Source: the human T2T-CHM13v2.0 reference genome, Homo sapiens. Taken from it: a DNA stretch of 64,000 bases. The stretch lies in NCBI RefSeq assembly GCF_009914755.1, contig NC_060946.1, one strand, 5' to 3'. How positions within the stretch are numbered: position 1 is the stretch's first letter; each line of letters opens with the position of its first letter. The position numbers and the translations under genes are program-made. The notes beneath the pieces are model-generated. The model was not told the origin of the DNA. It searched no databases and saw nothing but the letters and a program-made list of their open reading frames with translations. Below are positions 1 to 18,256 of the stretch, one piece after another.

Positions 1-684
1 GAACTTTGAAAGGTAGGTAAGTTTTGATGGAGTAGAGCAGGAGGAAGAAAAACTGGGGAGTTAGAATCTAGGTGGGGAGGGCCAGGTTTGGTGGCTCATG
101 CCTGTAATCCCAGTACTTTGGGAGGATCGCTCAAGCCCAGGAGTTTGAGCCAGCCTGGGCAACGTGGCAAGACCTTGTCGGTACTAAAAGTTAAAAAAAA
201 AAAAAAATGTTAGCTAGGTGTGGTAGTGTGCACTACTTGGGATGCCAAGGTGGGAGAATTGCTTAAGCCCCGGAGGTCAAGGCTGCAGTGAACCAGGATT
301 ATGCCACTGCACTCCAGCCTGGGCAACAGAGTGAGATCCTACCTCAAAAACAGAAAAAAGAATCTGGGTGGGGGCATTGCAGGGGCCAGTCCTGAGGAGC
401 CAAGGGCAAGCACAGAGAGGCCCAGGAGTCGGAAACCAGATTCCATACTCTGTGACTGGGAGAACCTGTTAACCCTCTTGGTCTGTTTCTTCATCTGAAG
501 TGGAAGGATAATGACAGTACCTCTGCTAACTTGGAGGCTGCTGTAATATCACAAGACCATGGATGTGAAGAATTTTTAGGGATCATCAACTGCCATCTCC
601 ACAGATGGGAGATTATCATTCCTTTATAAGAGTATGGATGAGAGGGTAAGAGACATACTTGAAATAAACCTTGCCTATCAAATT

Positions 685-1048
685 GTCTCCCCTAAATTTA
701 TATTTTGAAGTCCTAATCCCCAGGGTGACTGTATTTGGAGATAAGGCCTTTAAAGAGGTAATTAAGGTTATATAAGGTCATAAGAGCAGGGCTCTAATCC
801 AATAGGACTGGTGTCCTTCCAAGAAGAGGAAGAGACACCAGGGATGTATGTGCAGAGAGAAAAGGCCATGGGAGAACACAGCGTTAAGACAGCCATTGGC
901 ATGCCCAGGAGAGACACCTCACAAGAAACCAACCCTGCCAACATCTTGATCTTGGACTTCCAGCCTTCATAACTATGAAAAATAAATTTCCTGTTTAAGC
1001 CACCCAGTCTGTGGTATTTTGTTATGGCAGCCATAGCAGAACTAATAC
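685..1048 (+). mobile_element. MaLR LTR (MLT1A/B-like)
   Basis: Typical MLT1 motifs: gactgtatttggagata, gtgtccttccaagaagagg, ttgatcttggacttccagcct, aataaatttcctgtttaagcc...ctaataca. Confidence 0.8.
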
Positions 1049-1430
1049 ACCCACCTTACGGTTTTGCTTCCCTTACTCCTTCCCCCAGAACAAGTTCTCT
1101 CTTCATACGTAACGGCATTGCACAAAAATAGCTTCTGGTCAGCCAGTAAGGCAGGAGGCAGCGTGACTAATGGGCAGGACCAGGTGTTGGGACCTTGACC
1201 AGTCTACTGGCAGGTTGTACTCCTGAACTGCTAAGTGGGTGGAACCAGTTTTGTCTGTTCTTAGACACCAAGTTTGTCTTCCAAGATTCTGAGGCTCGAC
1301 AGAATGATGAACTGTTTAAAGAGCTTTTAGTCACAGGGAAGGATTTAGGCCCATGATTAAAGCTCAACTTCCCCCTTTCTTATGTCCTGGGTAATTTGAA
1401 TAATGTTGCCTTAAAAATAGGGGACAAGTA

Positions 1431-1751
<321 letters not shown>

Positions 1752-2249
1752 TTATATCCTGATTAGAAGCTCCTAAAGTAAATACATAAGCTTCCTTGGG
1801 ATTAGATTGTCAGAAATTTCAAAAAACAAATCTGGTAACTGCATTATTCAGTCAACAAATTTTCATGGTCACCTACTATATGCCAACCTCTATTGTAAAT
1901 TATACAGATACAATAGGAATAAAATAGACTTAGTTCCTTTTTTTTTTTTTTTTTGAGATGGAGTCTTGCTCCGTCACCCAGGCTGGAGTAGAGTGGCGCG
2001 ATCTTGGCTGACTGCAACCTCCGCCTCTTGGGTTCAAGCGATTCTCCTGCCTCAGTCTCCTGAGTAGCTGGAACTATAGGTGCGTGCCACCATGCCCGGC
2101 TTATTTTTTATGTTTTTAGTAGAGACGGGGTTTCACCATGTTAGCCAGGATGGTCTCGATCTCCTGACCTCGTGATCCACCCGCCTTGGCCTCCCAAAGT
2201 GCGGGGATTACAGGCATGAGCCATCATGCCCGGCCAAAAATTTTTTAGA

Positions 2250-3165
2250 CAGTACACCTGCAGAGGGCACATACCATGAATGGAACTTGCAGGACTGGAG
2301 GTTGCTCTGGGTGTGTCAGTGAGTGAGTGGTGAATGAATGTGAAGGCCCACGGCATTACTGTGCACTACTGTAGACTTTATAAACACTGTATACTTGGGC
2401 TACACTAAATGTATTTTTAAATTTTTCTTTCTTCAATAAATTAAGCTTAGCTTATAGTAACTTTTTGACATTATAAACCTTCTAATTTTTAACCTTTTGA
2501 CTCTTTTGTAATAACCCTTAGCTTAAAATACCAAAACATTGTACAGCTGTACAAAAATAGCTTATTTATATCCTTATTCTATAAGTTTATTTCCATTTTT
2601 AAAATTTTATTTTTGTTTTACTTTTTAAACAGTTTTGTTTGAAACTAAGACAGACACATACACATTAACCTAGGTCAGGGCTATCCAGAGACCCTCCCTA
2701 CCCAGGGTCAGGATCATCAATATCACTGTCTCCCATCTCCACATCCTGTCCCACTGGAAGCTCCATGCAATAATATGCATGGAGCTATCCTCTATGATAA
2801 TACTACTTTCTTCTCAAATATTTCCTGAAGGATGTACCTGAGGCTGTTTTACAGTTAACTTTTTTTTCCTATAAGTAGAAAGAGTACACTCTAAAATAAC
2901 GATTAATAGTATAGTAAATATATAAACTAGTAACATCATCATTTATTATGAAGTATTATGCACTGTATGTAATCGTATGTGCTATATTTTTATATGACTG
3001 GCAGTGCAATAGGTGTGTTTACACCAACATCATCAAAAGCACGTAAGTAATGCACTGCAATAGGATGGTATAATGGCCATGACATCACCAGGCAATGGGA
3101 ATTTTTCAGCTCCATTATAATCTTACGGGCCCACCATTAGATGTGTTATGTGGCACATCACTGTA
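2250..3165. mobile_element. Tigger3/MER7-type DNA transposon fragment
   Basis: Internal motif ggactggaggttgctctgggtg..tcagtgagtgagtggtga and terminal gttatgtggcacatcactgta resembling the Tigger3 TIR. Confidence 0.75.
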
Positions 3166-3332
3166 AAACTCTTTGGCCTGGCATTGAAAACCCAGTTCAA
3201 TCTGGGCCTCCTACCCTCCTATTTAGATGTCTTTTTCCAACCAAGGGTCATCCCCAGTCAAACCTTTCAAAACTCCAATTCACTAACTAGAATGCTTACT
3301 ATGCCTTACTTAAATCCTATCCATCTGGCAAG

Positions 3333-3815
3333 GTATGGCAGGCAGCCTCTAAGATGGCTCCCATGATCTCTGCCTCGTGGTATTCACATCCTTGTATGTG
3401 GGCTGAACTTGGTGACTCACTGCTGATAACAAGAATACAACAAAAGTGATGGGATATCGCTTCTGAGATTAGGTTGCAAAAGGAATGTGGCTTCCATCTT
3501 GGTCACGCTTCCTCTCTTAAACCTCTCACCCTGGTGAAGCCGGCACCAAGTCTTGAAGCAGCCCTATAGAGAGGCTTATGTCTGGAGGGACTGAGGCCTA
3601 CCAACGACCACTTCAGTGAGCTTGAAACTGGATTCTTCTCTACCCTCTGATGAGCCTTTAGGCTGAGAGCTTAACTAAAACCTCATGAAAGACTGAGCCA
3701 GAGGCACCTGGCTGAGCTACACCTGGATTCTTGACCCATAGAAACTGTTGGATAATAAATGTTTATTGTTTTAGGCCACTAAGTTTTAAGGTAATTTGTC
3801 ATGGAAGAATAGACA
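3333..3815 (+). mobile_element. MaLR LTR (MLT1E/F-like)
   Basis: tggcaggcagcctctaagatggctccc start; gattcttgacccatagaaactg...ataataaatg...tttaggccactaagttt end. Confidence 0.7.
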
Positions 3816-6009
3816 CTAGGCTACGCGTGGCAGCTCACACCTGTAATCCTACCACTTTGGGAGGCTGACGCAGGAGGATCCTTTGAGCCCAGGAATTCAA
3901 GACCAGCCTGGGCAACACAGTAAGACCCTGTCTCTATAAAAAAAAAAAAAAATAGACAACTAAAACACAAAGTGGAGCAATATGTTACACAGCAATAGAT
4001 AACTGATAGACAAGACCAGTTCAAGTTGCTCCCCTGAATTTTCCTTGACCTAGCTTAGCCCAGAGCAACCTCTGCCTAATGTGAACTTGATGTAGAGCTG
4101 TTCTTCTCATTGGTCATTTTGCACAAGGGCAACATTAGTTATCTTCTATCCTCTGTGTCTCTTGTCTTTTCCAAGTAACCTGAGGTCAGTAGCTGCTTAA
4201 ATTTCTTGTATGTCTCTGGAGAAAGTGTTTGTGCAAGTAGAGAAAGCGGTAGGCTTTGAGAGGCTAGAACTGCGTCTGAAGGGTCTTTTCATTCATGTTT
4301 GGTGACTGACTGAAAAATGACTTGTTGGTGGGAAATTGAAGTGTATGTTAGAAGAGGGACCACAGCTTAGGAAGAGCTGATTTTTGATCTTCATCAAAAT
4401 GAGGCTTCAGTGGCGAATACTAACAGCCAATCCTCCTTGTAAATTCTGTTGATTTCCTTCTTATTGTGTAAGGAGTTTAGCCTTCTGTTGGCAGTTGTGT
4501 TGTGACAAGCAGCAGAGAGGGGGTGGCTCTGGGACACTGGGGTCACTTCAGAGGAAGGGAAGTTGATTGTCTTCTCAGGGCCCCTTCTCTCACATTTATT
4601 CTTTCCAGGGCCTCTGCAGCAGGACTGTGCTGAAGCCCATTTCCTACACGTAGCACCATTTATTTAAAACACACACTACATATACACAACAGACCAAATG
4701 CAAAGGAAAAAAGGGGAAAAAGGCTGCTGAAGACCAGAGTCACTAAAAGTTCAGGCTAAGAATAGACAAGGAACTCTGAGAGCTGCTCAGCTATGTGACC
4801 TCCTGCAGGGGCTTGGCAAGAAGCCCAATTCAGCTTTGTTTTTTCTGTGCTTTTACAAAGAAAGAGCACTAGCTTGGGAGTCAGGAGACCTAGGTACCAG
4901 ACTTTGCTTTGCCAGTGCCTCTTTCTGTGGCCTTGGGTAAGTTTTTCCCCTCTCTGGGCCTCAGTTTCCCATTTGCAAAATAAAAGTGTTTAAGACTAGG
5001 TTCCAAGATTTTCCAATTCTAATGCTGAGAGGATACAGAGGAAAACAGAAAGAATGCTGGCTGAGGAACCAGGAGACTTGCCTTCTTGTCCCAGCTCTGC
5101 CACTGACCTGACCTCTTTGGGCCTCTGCTTCCTCATCTATAAAATAAGGTACTATATTCATTCATCCAGTCCTTCAACGAATATTTCTTGAGCACCTACT
5201 ATGTGCCAGGCTTGGTGCTGGAGATACGATGATGAGTCAAGCCAGACAGTCTATGTTCTCATGGAATTTCTAGTCTATTGGGGGTGGAAGGGAGGAGGAG
5301 AAGATGAACTGTAATCAAACAATCACATAAATGAAGGTGTAATTAATGCCAGGGTAAGAAAAACAGGGAAGGGTCACACTTGGTTCTCAGCAACTGAGGG
5401 ATAGCCACAATGTCCACCAATTCCAATGTTCTGTGACCTAGTATGTAGCTCTGCGGGGAGGTGCAGAGAAGCCTTTGGAATAACTCATATCTAAAATCAT
5501 AGGGTTTTTTTGTTTGTTTGTTCGTTTGTTTTCAGAACGGCACAGCTCAATTAATCCAAGCAACCAACAACCATCTATTGGGGACCTTCTAGCAGGAATC
5601 AGTCACCTACCTCTGGCCTCTCTGGTGCTTTACACTAGTGGGCAGAATGGACTCATAAATGGACACAGCTATAAAATGCCTCACATCATTCTCTGATGGC
5701 TAATTATATGTTTCAAATACTAATGTGTCTAAGAATTAGGTGAGAATTGGATGTGGTAGGACAATCAGAGAAATTTTCTCACAAGTAGAAATTGAGATAG
5801 GCTCTGAAGGCTTGCTGCATAGTTTCAGATAAACAGAAACAATAATATCAGGGCACAGTGGGCCCATTCCCTCCTACTAGACAGTACAGGTGCATGGGAC
5901 ATACGAGAGATATCTGGCCGGGTGTGGTCGCTCACACCTGTAATCCCAGCACTTTGGGAGGCCGAGGCAGGTGGATCATGAGGTCAGGAGATCAAGACCA
6001 TCCTGGCTA

Positions 6010-6238
<229 letters not shown>

Positions 6239-6598
6239 TCATTTTGGGGCAGGAGAGATTCAAACCCTACTTGTTTTGTCAAAGAGCAAAAGACCTCTTC
6301 TGTGACCTACTCTAAATCCCGTCCCTTGGATTAGGAGGCCTGCTACTGATGGGATTCCTAACTTGGGGTAGCCATCTCACCTCAATGAATCTGTTATCCT
6401 GTAAAATGAAGGGGTTAGATGATACCCAAAATCCCTTATAACACCCAGAAAGATGGCTAAAACTTCATTCTTTGTAAGAATTTTTATTACTTTATAATAA
6501 AACTGATGGTTGCTACTATGGAGTATGAGCTGTGCGATCTTAGGCAAATTACTAAGTTTTCAAAACCTGTTATACTTTCTTTTTAAAATTCATTTTAA

Positions 6599-6781
<183 letters not shown>

Positions 6782-6986
6782 TAAAAATTTTTTTTTGCAG
6801 CAATGAGGTCTTGTTATGTTGCCTAGGCTTGCTATGTTGCTAGGGTTAAAATGGCCAATTTTATGTTATATATATATTTAAACCATAATCTTTAAAAGTA
6901 ATATACCAAAAGTAATTCACTCATATAAAGTGAATTATACACTTTAAATGAGTGAATTATATGGTTTGTGAATTACACCTCAGTAA

Positions 6987-7460
<474 letters not shown>

Positions 7461-7763
7461 TGATCCGCCCGCCTCAGCCTCCCAAAGTGCTGGGATTACA
7501 GGCATGAGCCACCGCGCCCAGCCTCGATTTACTGCATTCTTTTCCACTTCTACATAGAAGCCCACTGGAGGGACCTATCACACTTTATTTAATGAGTTAT
7601 CTTATTGATGAATATCTTGTTTCTAGTCTTTTTTTTTTTTTTTTGAGAAAGGGTCTCGCTGTATCACCCAGGCTGGACTGCAGTGGCATGATAATGGTTC
7701 ACTGCAGCCTCCAACTCCCGGGGCTCAAGCAATCCTTTTGCCTCAGCCCCTAAAGTAGCTTGA

Positions 7764-7934
<171 letters not shown>

Positions 7935-10016
7935 TAGGCAGACACATGAATACATCATCTATAGGATAAATTCCTAGTTCTGGTGTTGCAGGGTCCAAAG
8001 GTTAGCACATGTTAAGTATTACTATTGCCAAAATGACTTCCTTAGAATCTATACCAATTTACACTCCTAACAAGAATTCATTCACTCACTTTTTTCATTC
8101 AACCAATATTGAGTACCTATCATGAACCATGCACAATTCTAGGTCCTGGGGACACAGCAAATGAACAATAACAACAGGAATAAAAAGATAAAAATCCATT
8201 CCCTAATGGAGCTTACACTCTCACAGAAGGAGAGGGCAACCCAAAAAGTAAAATATGTAACATCTTAGATGGTAATAAACGCTATGGTTGGCCGGGCGCA
8301 GTGGCTCACGCCTGTAATCCCAGCACTTTGGGAGGCTGAAACGGGCGGATCACGAGGTCAGGAGATCGAGACCATCCTGGCTAACACGGTGAAGCCCCAT
8401 CTCTACTAAAAATACAAAAAAATTAGCCAGCTGTGGTGGTGGGTGCCTGTAGTCCCAGCTACTCAGGAGGCTGAGGCAGGAGAATGGCATGAACCCAGGA
8501 GGCAGAGCTTGCAGTGAGCTTGCGCTGGGCGACAGAGCGAGACTCCATCTCAAAAAAAAAAAACTGCTATGGCTAAAATAAGGCAGAGAAAGGAGTGCTG
8601 GCCATGGGTAAGGGCTAGTAATTTAAACGGGATGGTTAGGGTATAAAAATTCTAAGCCTCAGCTTCCTTATCTGTGAAGCAGGACAATAATAGTACCTAT
8701 GCTGGCCAGGGGCTGTGGCTCATGCCTGTAATCACCGCACTTTGGGAGGCTGAGGCAAGCGGATCGTTCGAGGCCAGGAGTTCAAGACCAGCCTGGCCAA
8801 CATGGTGAAACCCCATCTCTACTAAAAATACAAAAATTAGCCGGGCATGGTGGTGCATGCTTGTAATCCCAGCTACTTGGGAGGCTGAGGCAGGGAAATT
8901 GCTTGAACCCAGAGGCAGAGGATGCAGTGAGCCAAGACAGCACTACTGCACTCCAGCCTGGGTGACAGAGCAAGATTCATATAAAAAAAAGTACCCATGC
9001 CATAGGATTGTTGAAGGAATTCAATGATACTATATCTGGTATACAGTAAAAATTTCCTAAATGAAAGCTATTCTTATTATAAACAACTTTACAGCTAAGG
9101 AAAGTGTGGCCCAGGGATGAACAATTTGCCTATGGTCTCAGGGAAAATTAGTGGTTGGGTAAGAGCTAAAACCAGGCCTCCTGACCCTCCATGCAGTACA
9201 CTTCCAAATATATCAAGGGACCAAAAGCATTAAGATGCCATCCTACTGGGGCTGCTAACGGGCAACGTGGTTTTAGCTTCAAGAGTGCTCTGAGAATGTG
9301 ATTTTCAACATGCAAAAGAGGGGAAGGGAGATGAGAGAGTACACAAGGTTCATTAAGGAGAAGCAGGCCAACTTCACTCAGGCCTAAGGCTGAGCCTGCT
9401 GGGGTTTGCTCACAAGACATTCAGATCCAGGATAGTGTTCTCAGCCAAAGGCAACAAGCGTTCTGGCTGCTGCTCGCCCATCTGCTCTGATGAGACTCTC
9501 CCAAACCCTGGACTCCCATTGGTTTCATTCCAAGGAATCTCCTGGAGGAAAGATAAGCACCAGTTAAGTCACAGCTGTAGAAATAATAAGATCTGGAGGG
9601 GCACTTATATCTGTTTGGCCGAGTTAGATTTTCAAGCAGGCCAAGTATGTGGTGATGGTGGTCTCTCAACTCTCTCTGTGCCTTTTCCTCACCCCATGGC
9701 ACCTCCTCTCCCTGTCCACAGCCAGATACTATTTCCCTAGGCCTTCTGCCTACCCAGAGCCCTTTCCTTGTGTGGGTTCTATCCTTCCTTTAGCCCTATC
9801 CTTTCTTCAGTGAGCGTTTCATTCCCTCCATTCCTCCTAACCCCTACTTCGGAAATACATATTTTTAAAAAGGTGACACTTACTGGCTTAACAGTGTCAC
9901 TATGGAACAGGATTCAGGGAAGTCAGTGTTCTGGGCTTGACCTCTGTTAATGTGTAGGTCCCTATATGACCTTGGGAAAACCAATTACCTTTTCTGGGCT
10001 TCAATTTCTTCATCTA

Positions 10017-10482
<466 letters not shown>

Positions 10483-11350
10483 TTAGGCATGGTGGTTGTG
10501 CGTTTGTAGTCCCACCTACTCAAGAGGCTGAGGTGAGAAACTTGCTTGAGCCTAGGAGTTTAAGGTTTCAATGAGCTATGATTGTGCCCACTGCACTCTA
10601 ACCTGGGCAACAGAGGGAGGAGACCCTGTCCCAAAAAAAAATTTGTTTTAAGATGTATATCATGGCATTTCAAGTACCACAGTGTAGATTTTTCTGCCAA
10701 GGGCAGATCCCAATGATCCACCTGAAGACAAAAAGGTATACAGAGAAGTAGGAGGGCCAAAGGGAGAAACATTCAGAGTTGAGGTGCCAAGGCCACTAAA
10801 ATGCTATTAAAAGGGGTGTAATAAAAACCAATATTTGTTGAATGGCATCCAGTATCCAGTCCTGGGGCAGCCATAAGGAAATTCATACCTGGGCGAGAGA
10901 TTTAGGTTTAAAATCGATTCTTGTATTGGGTAGACCTCAATGCAGGGGAAATTCCAGACCAGCTTTGGACCATGGCAACTCTACTCTTAAGAAGGGGAAC
11001 ATAAGAAAGAAAAGGTACTTTGTCCCAGATCACTAGCCCCTCAGTTACTTGAACATCATGGTGTAGATCTGGCTGTGAGATTTCTCTGCAAGGCTAGAAA
11101 GAGGAAGATTGAGAAACATTCAAACAGATTGATAAAAAGGGTTCTTGAACTCAAATTTGAGGAAGTGACCTAAGATTTCAAAAGATGTTAGAATTATAAG
11201 CAAATTATGTGGATGTTTCCACTTCTGTTTAATCTGTGGACAATTACATTAACAGATGGAGCTTCTGCTGGGGCAATCTGAGAAAACTTAAAAAAAAAAT
11301 CTCAGTGACTATCACTAATGTTATCTTTCAAGCTGGCATCCATGATCTTA

Positions 11351-11650
<300 letters not shown>

Positions 11651-13284
11651 ATCATCCATAATCTTAATTTCATCCACAGAGAAAGGTAGAGAGCAGCAAG
11701 GGGAATTGAGACATGAGATTCTGAACTCTGAAATAATCTAAGATAGTCACTACATCATTGTTCCTGCCTGGAAAAACAATCCAGACCCCAAACTTTTCTT
11801 CTCTGATGCCCTGCAGTGGGGTTGACAATAAACTCTCACAGGCTTGAGCCTTGTGGCATCATCAGTACAGCAGAAACAGTTGCAGACATTTTGGGTGAAA
11901 AATCAACCAAGCCTGCTTAAATCCCTCTGCCTGCTGGGACAAAAATATGGTCAGACTTCCAGAGTCAGCAGTGCATCCTAGCAGAGAAACACTGAAGGAG
12001 AGATGGCACTGTTTTCACGGAGTCTTCAGTGACTTTCCACTGAGCTGTGGGAAAATCTGACAGTTGACTGTAGCTGAGTCATAACCCAGAGGTCCTGACC
12101 ACTCAGATATTTGAAGATTCCTTTCATTCCTTTCCCAAACGGGGAACCTGGCAAACTCCAATTGGTTAATTCCATTTACCTCCTGTTCCTTGCAACTATA
12201 TGTAGGTATAGAGTAGTGTGCTCTCAGCGGTAGCAAAAGGGTATCAGAATAACAGCATATACACTTTGTAATTATAATAGCTTATATTTATCTTCTACTT
12301 ACTGTGTGTCGGGCACTTTCTATAGATTTTTTTTTCATTGAATCTTTAAAACTGTTCAGCAGTATATTTACTATTATTATCCCCAGTCTACAGATGAAGA
12401 AACTGAGGCTCAGAGAGGCTAATAACTTGCCCACAGTCACATACCTTTGGTGTGAGTTGCTGAGGTTTAACCTAAACATTCTAACTCCAGAGTTTGTGCT
12501 CTAGCCACTATGCTATACTGTAGCCAAACACCAGCATGGATATCCCAAGCTCAAAGGCACTTCAAATACCACAAATCAATCAATTTTCCAGCTGAGAAAA
12601 CAGGCCTAGGGAGATTATAGGAATTACCTAGTGATAGAGTCAGGGTTCCAGGCAGATCTCTTCACTCCAGAGTTCTACACTCTCTCCACTGCATCAGAAT
12701 ACTTCAGGTTCGTAGACAAGCATGTGGTGCACACTTGTAGTCCCCGCTATGATCACACCACTGCACTCCCGCCTGGGTGACAGAGTGAAATCCTACCTCT
12801 AAAAAAAATAATAAAATAGAAAAAGAATGCTTTGGGTGCTCTCCATCATCTTGAGAATCTAGAGCTTTTCTATATCTTATCCCTTATTCTTTAGGGAATG
12901 GAACTTAATTTTATGTAAACATAAAATATTTTCACATAGTTTTTCTACAATATACTGATTTCCCAATCCTTCCCCCCTCAACTTTTTTACATAGACTTTT
13001 TTTGAAATGGCATCTTACTCTGTCATCCAGGCTGAAGTGCATGGCTCAATTTCAGCTCACTGCAACCTCCACCTCCAGGGCTCAGGTGATCCTCCACTAC
13101 AGCCTTCTGAGTAGCTGGGGCTATAGGCACACACCACCATGCCCAGCTAATTTTGTGTTTTTCTGTAGGATGGAGTTTCACCATGTGGTCCAGGGTGGTC
13201 TCAAACTCCTAGGCTCAAGCATTCCACCTGCCTCGGCCTCCCAAAGTGCTGGAATTACAAGCATGAGCCACTGTGTCCGGCCTA

Positions 13285-14250
13285 TGTAGACTTTTAAAGG
13301 GCATTTTAAGTTCACAGCAAAAGTGAGTGGAACACATAGAGCTATCCCACAGACCCCCTGCCTCCACACACAGCCTCCCCTGCTACCAACATCCAGCACC
13401 AGAGTGGTGCATTTGTTACAACCAGTGAACCAACACTGACACGTCATTATCACCCGAAGTCCATATGTTTGGATTAGGGTTCACTCTTGGTGTTGTATAT
13501 TCTATGGGTTTTAGCAAATGTATAATGACATGTATCTATCATTATGGTATCATATAGTATAGTTTCGCTGCCCTAAAAATCCCATCTGGTCTATTTATTC
13601 ATCTCTTCCTCCTAAAGCCCCTGACACCCAGTGATCATTTTACTATCTCCATAGTTTTGTCTTTTCCAGAATTACATATAGTTGGGATCATATAATATAC
13701 AGCCTTTCAAATTATTTCATTTAATAATAAGCATTTAAGGTTCTTCCATGTCTTTTCATGGATTGATAGCTTGTTTCTTTTTAGCACTGAATAATATTGC
13801 ATTATATGGATGTACCATACAGTTTATTTACTCATTTATCTACAGAAGGACATATTGGTTGCTTCCAAGTTTTAGCAACTGTGAATAATGCTGCCATAAA
13901 CACTCATGTGCAGGTTTCTGTGTAGACATAAGTTTTCAACTCCTCTGACTAAATACAAAAGGACAATTGCTAGACCATATGGCAAGAGTAGGTTTAATTT
14001 TATACAAAACTGTCAAACTCTCCCAAAGTAGCTGTACTGTTTTGACTCCCACCAGCAATGAATGGGAGTTCCTGTTGCTCCACATCCTCATCACCATTTG
14101 GTGTTGTCAATGTTTTAGATTCTAATAGGTGTACGGTAGGATCTCGTTGTTTTAATTTGCAATTCCCTAATGATGCATGATTTTAAGCATTTTTTCCTAT
14201 GCTTATTTGCCATCTTCTTTGGTGGGTGTCCATTCAAATTTTTTGCCCAT
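13285..14250 (-). mobile_element. Old L1 (L1M family) 3' fragment
   Basis: L1 3'-end motifs: atggatgtaccata, tgtgaataatgctgccataaac, ctcccaccagcaatgaatg, gttttaatttgcaattccctaatg. Confidence 0.8.
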
Positions 14251-14378
14251 TTTTTTTTAAGAGATGGGGTCTCACTATGCTGCCCAGGCTAGTCTCAAAC
14301 TCCCAGCCTCAAGTGATCCTCCCACCTCAGCTCCCCCAAGTGCTGGAATTACAGGTGTGAGCACAAGCCTGGTCACCC

Positions 14379-16226
<1,848 letters not shown>

Positions 16227-17576
16227 GGCCCTATTTCATCTTCAAAGACCCTTTCTTGCCCTCTATTCAATTCATTCTGATCGCTATTTATTGAGCCAGG
16301 GACCACCTTTTCAATACTCTCTCAAACGCTGAATTCAACACATAATGGCAAATTGGTCTCACTGCAGCATTAACATTGCTGGACACTGACACTGGGGGCC
16401 TGCTGATTCCTGCATCTCCTCTAACTTCTCTGAACATTTCTGTCTCAGGTACTTTATACTTCTCATCTTTCCACATCCTGATCTCTTCTATTCCCATGGC
16501 TTCAACAACCACTATTTGCTAAAATTTCCAGTTTTTTCTCTCTCTAGTCCAAATTCCAATCCTTAGGCCCCAGACCTGAATTTCCAGCCATTCACAGGGA
16601 TCTCCTTCTGGAGGTCCCAGGGGCATCTTAATCTCCAAACTGGCTTTTTCTCCTCATGGCTCTTATTTCCTAAATGGCTTATATTATTAAACCAATACTC
16701 AGACAAGAGGCCAGAATCATCCTGAACATCCTTGTCTTCTACACCTCATATTCTATGTTGGAGCCATCACAATCCCTTTGATTTTCATTTCCACAGTGCC
16801 TCTTGAATCCATCCCCACTCTATTTCTAGGGCTTTAGTTCAGTCCTTTATCATGTCTCACCTCAGATATTGCTGCAGACTGGGAGCCCTTATTGCCAGGC
16901 ACTCACCCTGCTCATACTCTGCTTAGAGCCCAGATTTATGTAATTAATAGATCTGAGAATATTAATCATCTGCTACAAAGTCTTCCATAGCACTAAGTGA
17001 AATACTAAATACTAGTATCTTTAGCTCGCATTAGGATGGAGGTGCCTCAACACTATTAAAGACCTTGTCTTATTAATTATTATATCCCATGACATAATAT
17101 TGTACATTAAATATTCATTAAGAAATGCTTATTAAATTAATGAATAAAAGCCCAGAACTATGCCATGTATAGTAGGGCATATGAAAGAAATATAGGATGG
17201 TCCCTGTCCTCTAGGAGCTTACACTCTTACTGGAGAGACAAGATAAAAACAAGAAACTGGGCCAGGCACAGTGGCTCATGCCTGTAATCCCAGCACTTTG
17301 GGAGGCTGAGGCGGGCAGATCACTTGAGTCCAGGAGCTCGAGACTAGCCTGGGCAACATAGCGAAACCTGTCTCTACTAGAAATACAAAAATTAGCCAGG
17401 CGTGGTGGCACACGCCTGTAGTCCCAGCTACTTGGGAGGTTGAGGAGGAAAAATGGCTTGAGCCCAGGAGACAGAGGTTGCAGGGAGCCGAGACAGCATC
17501 ACTGCACTCCAGCTTAGACGACAGAATGAGACCCTATCTCCAAAAAAAAAAATAAGGAAAAAAGGAGTTTGCCTAA

Positions 17577-17774
<198 letters not shown>

Positions 17775-18047
17775 TAGTAGAGATGGGGTTTCACCATGTT
17801 AGCCAGGATGGTCTCGATCCATGATCCACCCACCTCGGCCTCCCAAAGTGCTGGGATTTCAGGCATGAGCCACTGCGCCCAGCCAGAAAGCAGTAACTTT
17901 TTTTGAGTGCTATAATAACACCAAAGTGGCCAGGTGTGGTGGCTCATGCTTGTAATCCCAGCATTTTGGGAGGCCTAGGCAGGCGATCACTTGAGGTCAG
18001 GAATTCAAGACCAGCCTGGCCAACATGGTGAAACACCATCTCTACTA

Positions 18048-18256
<209 letters not shown>
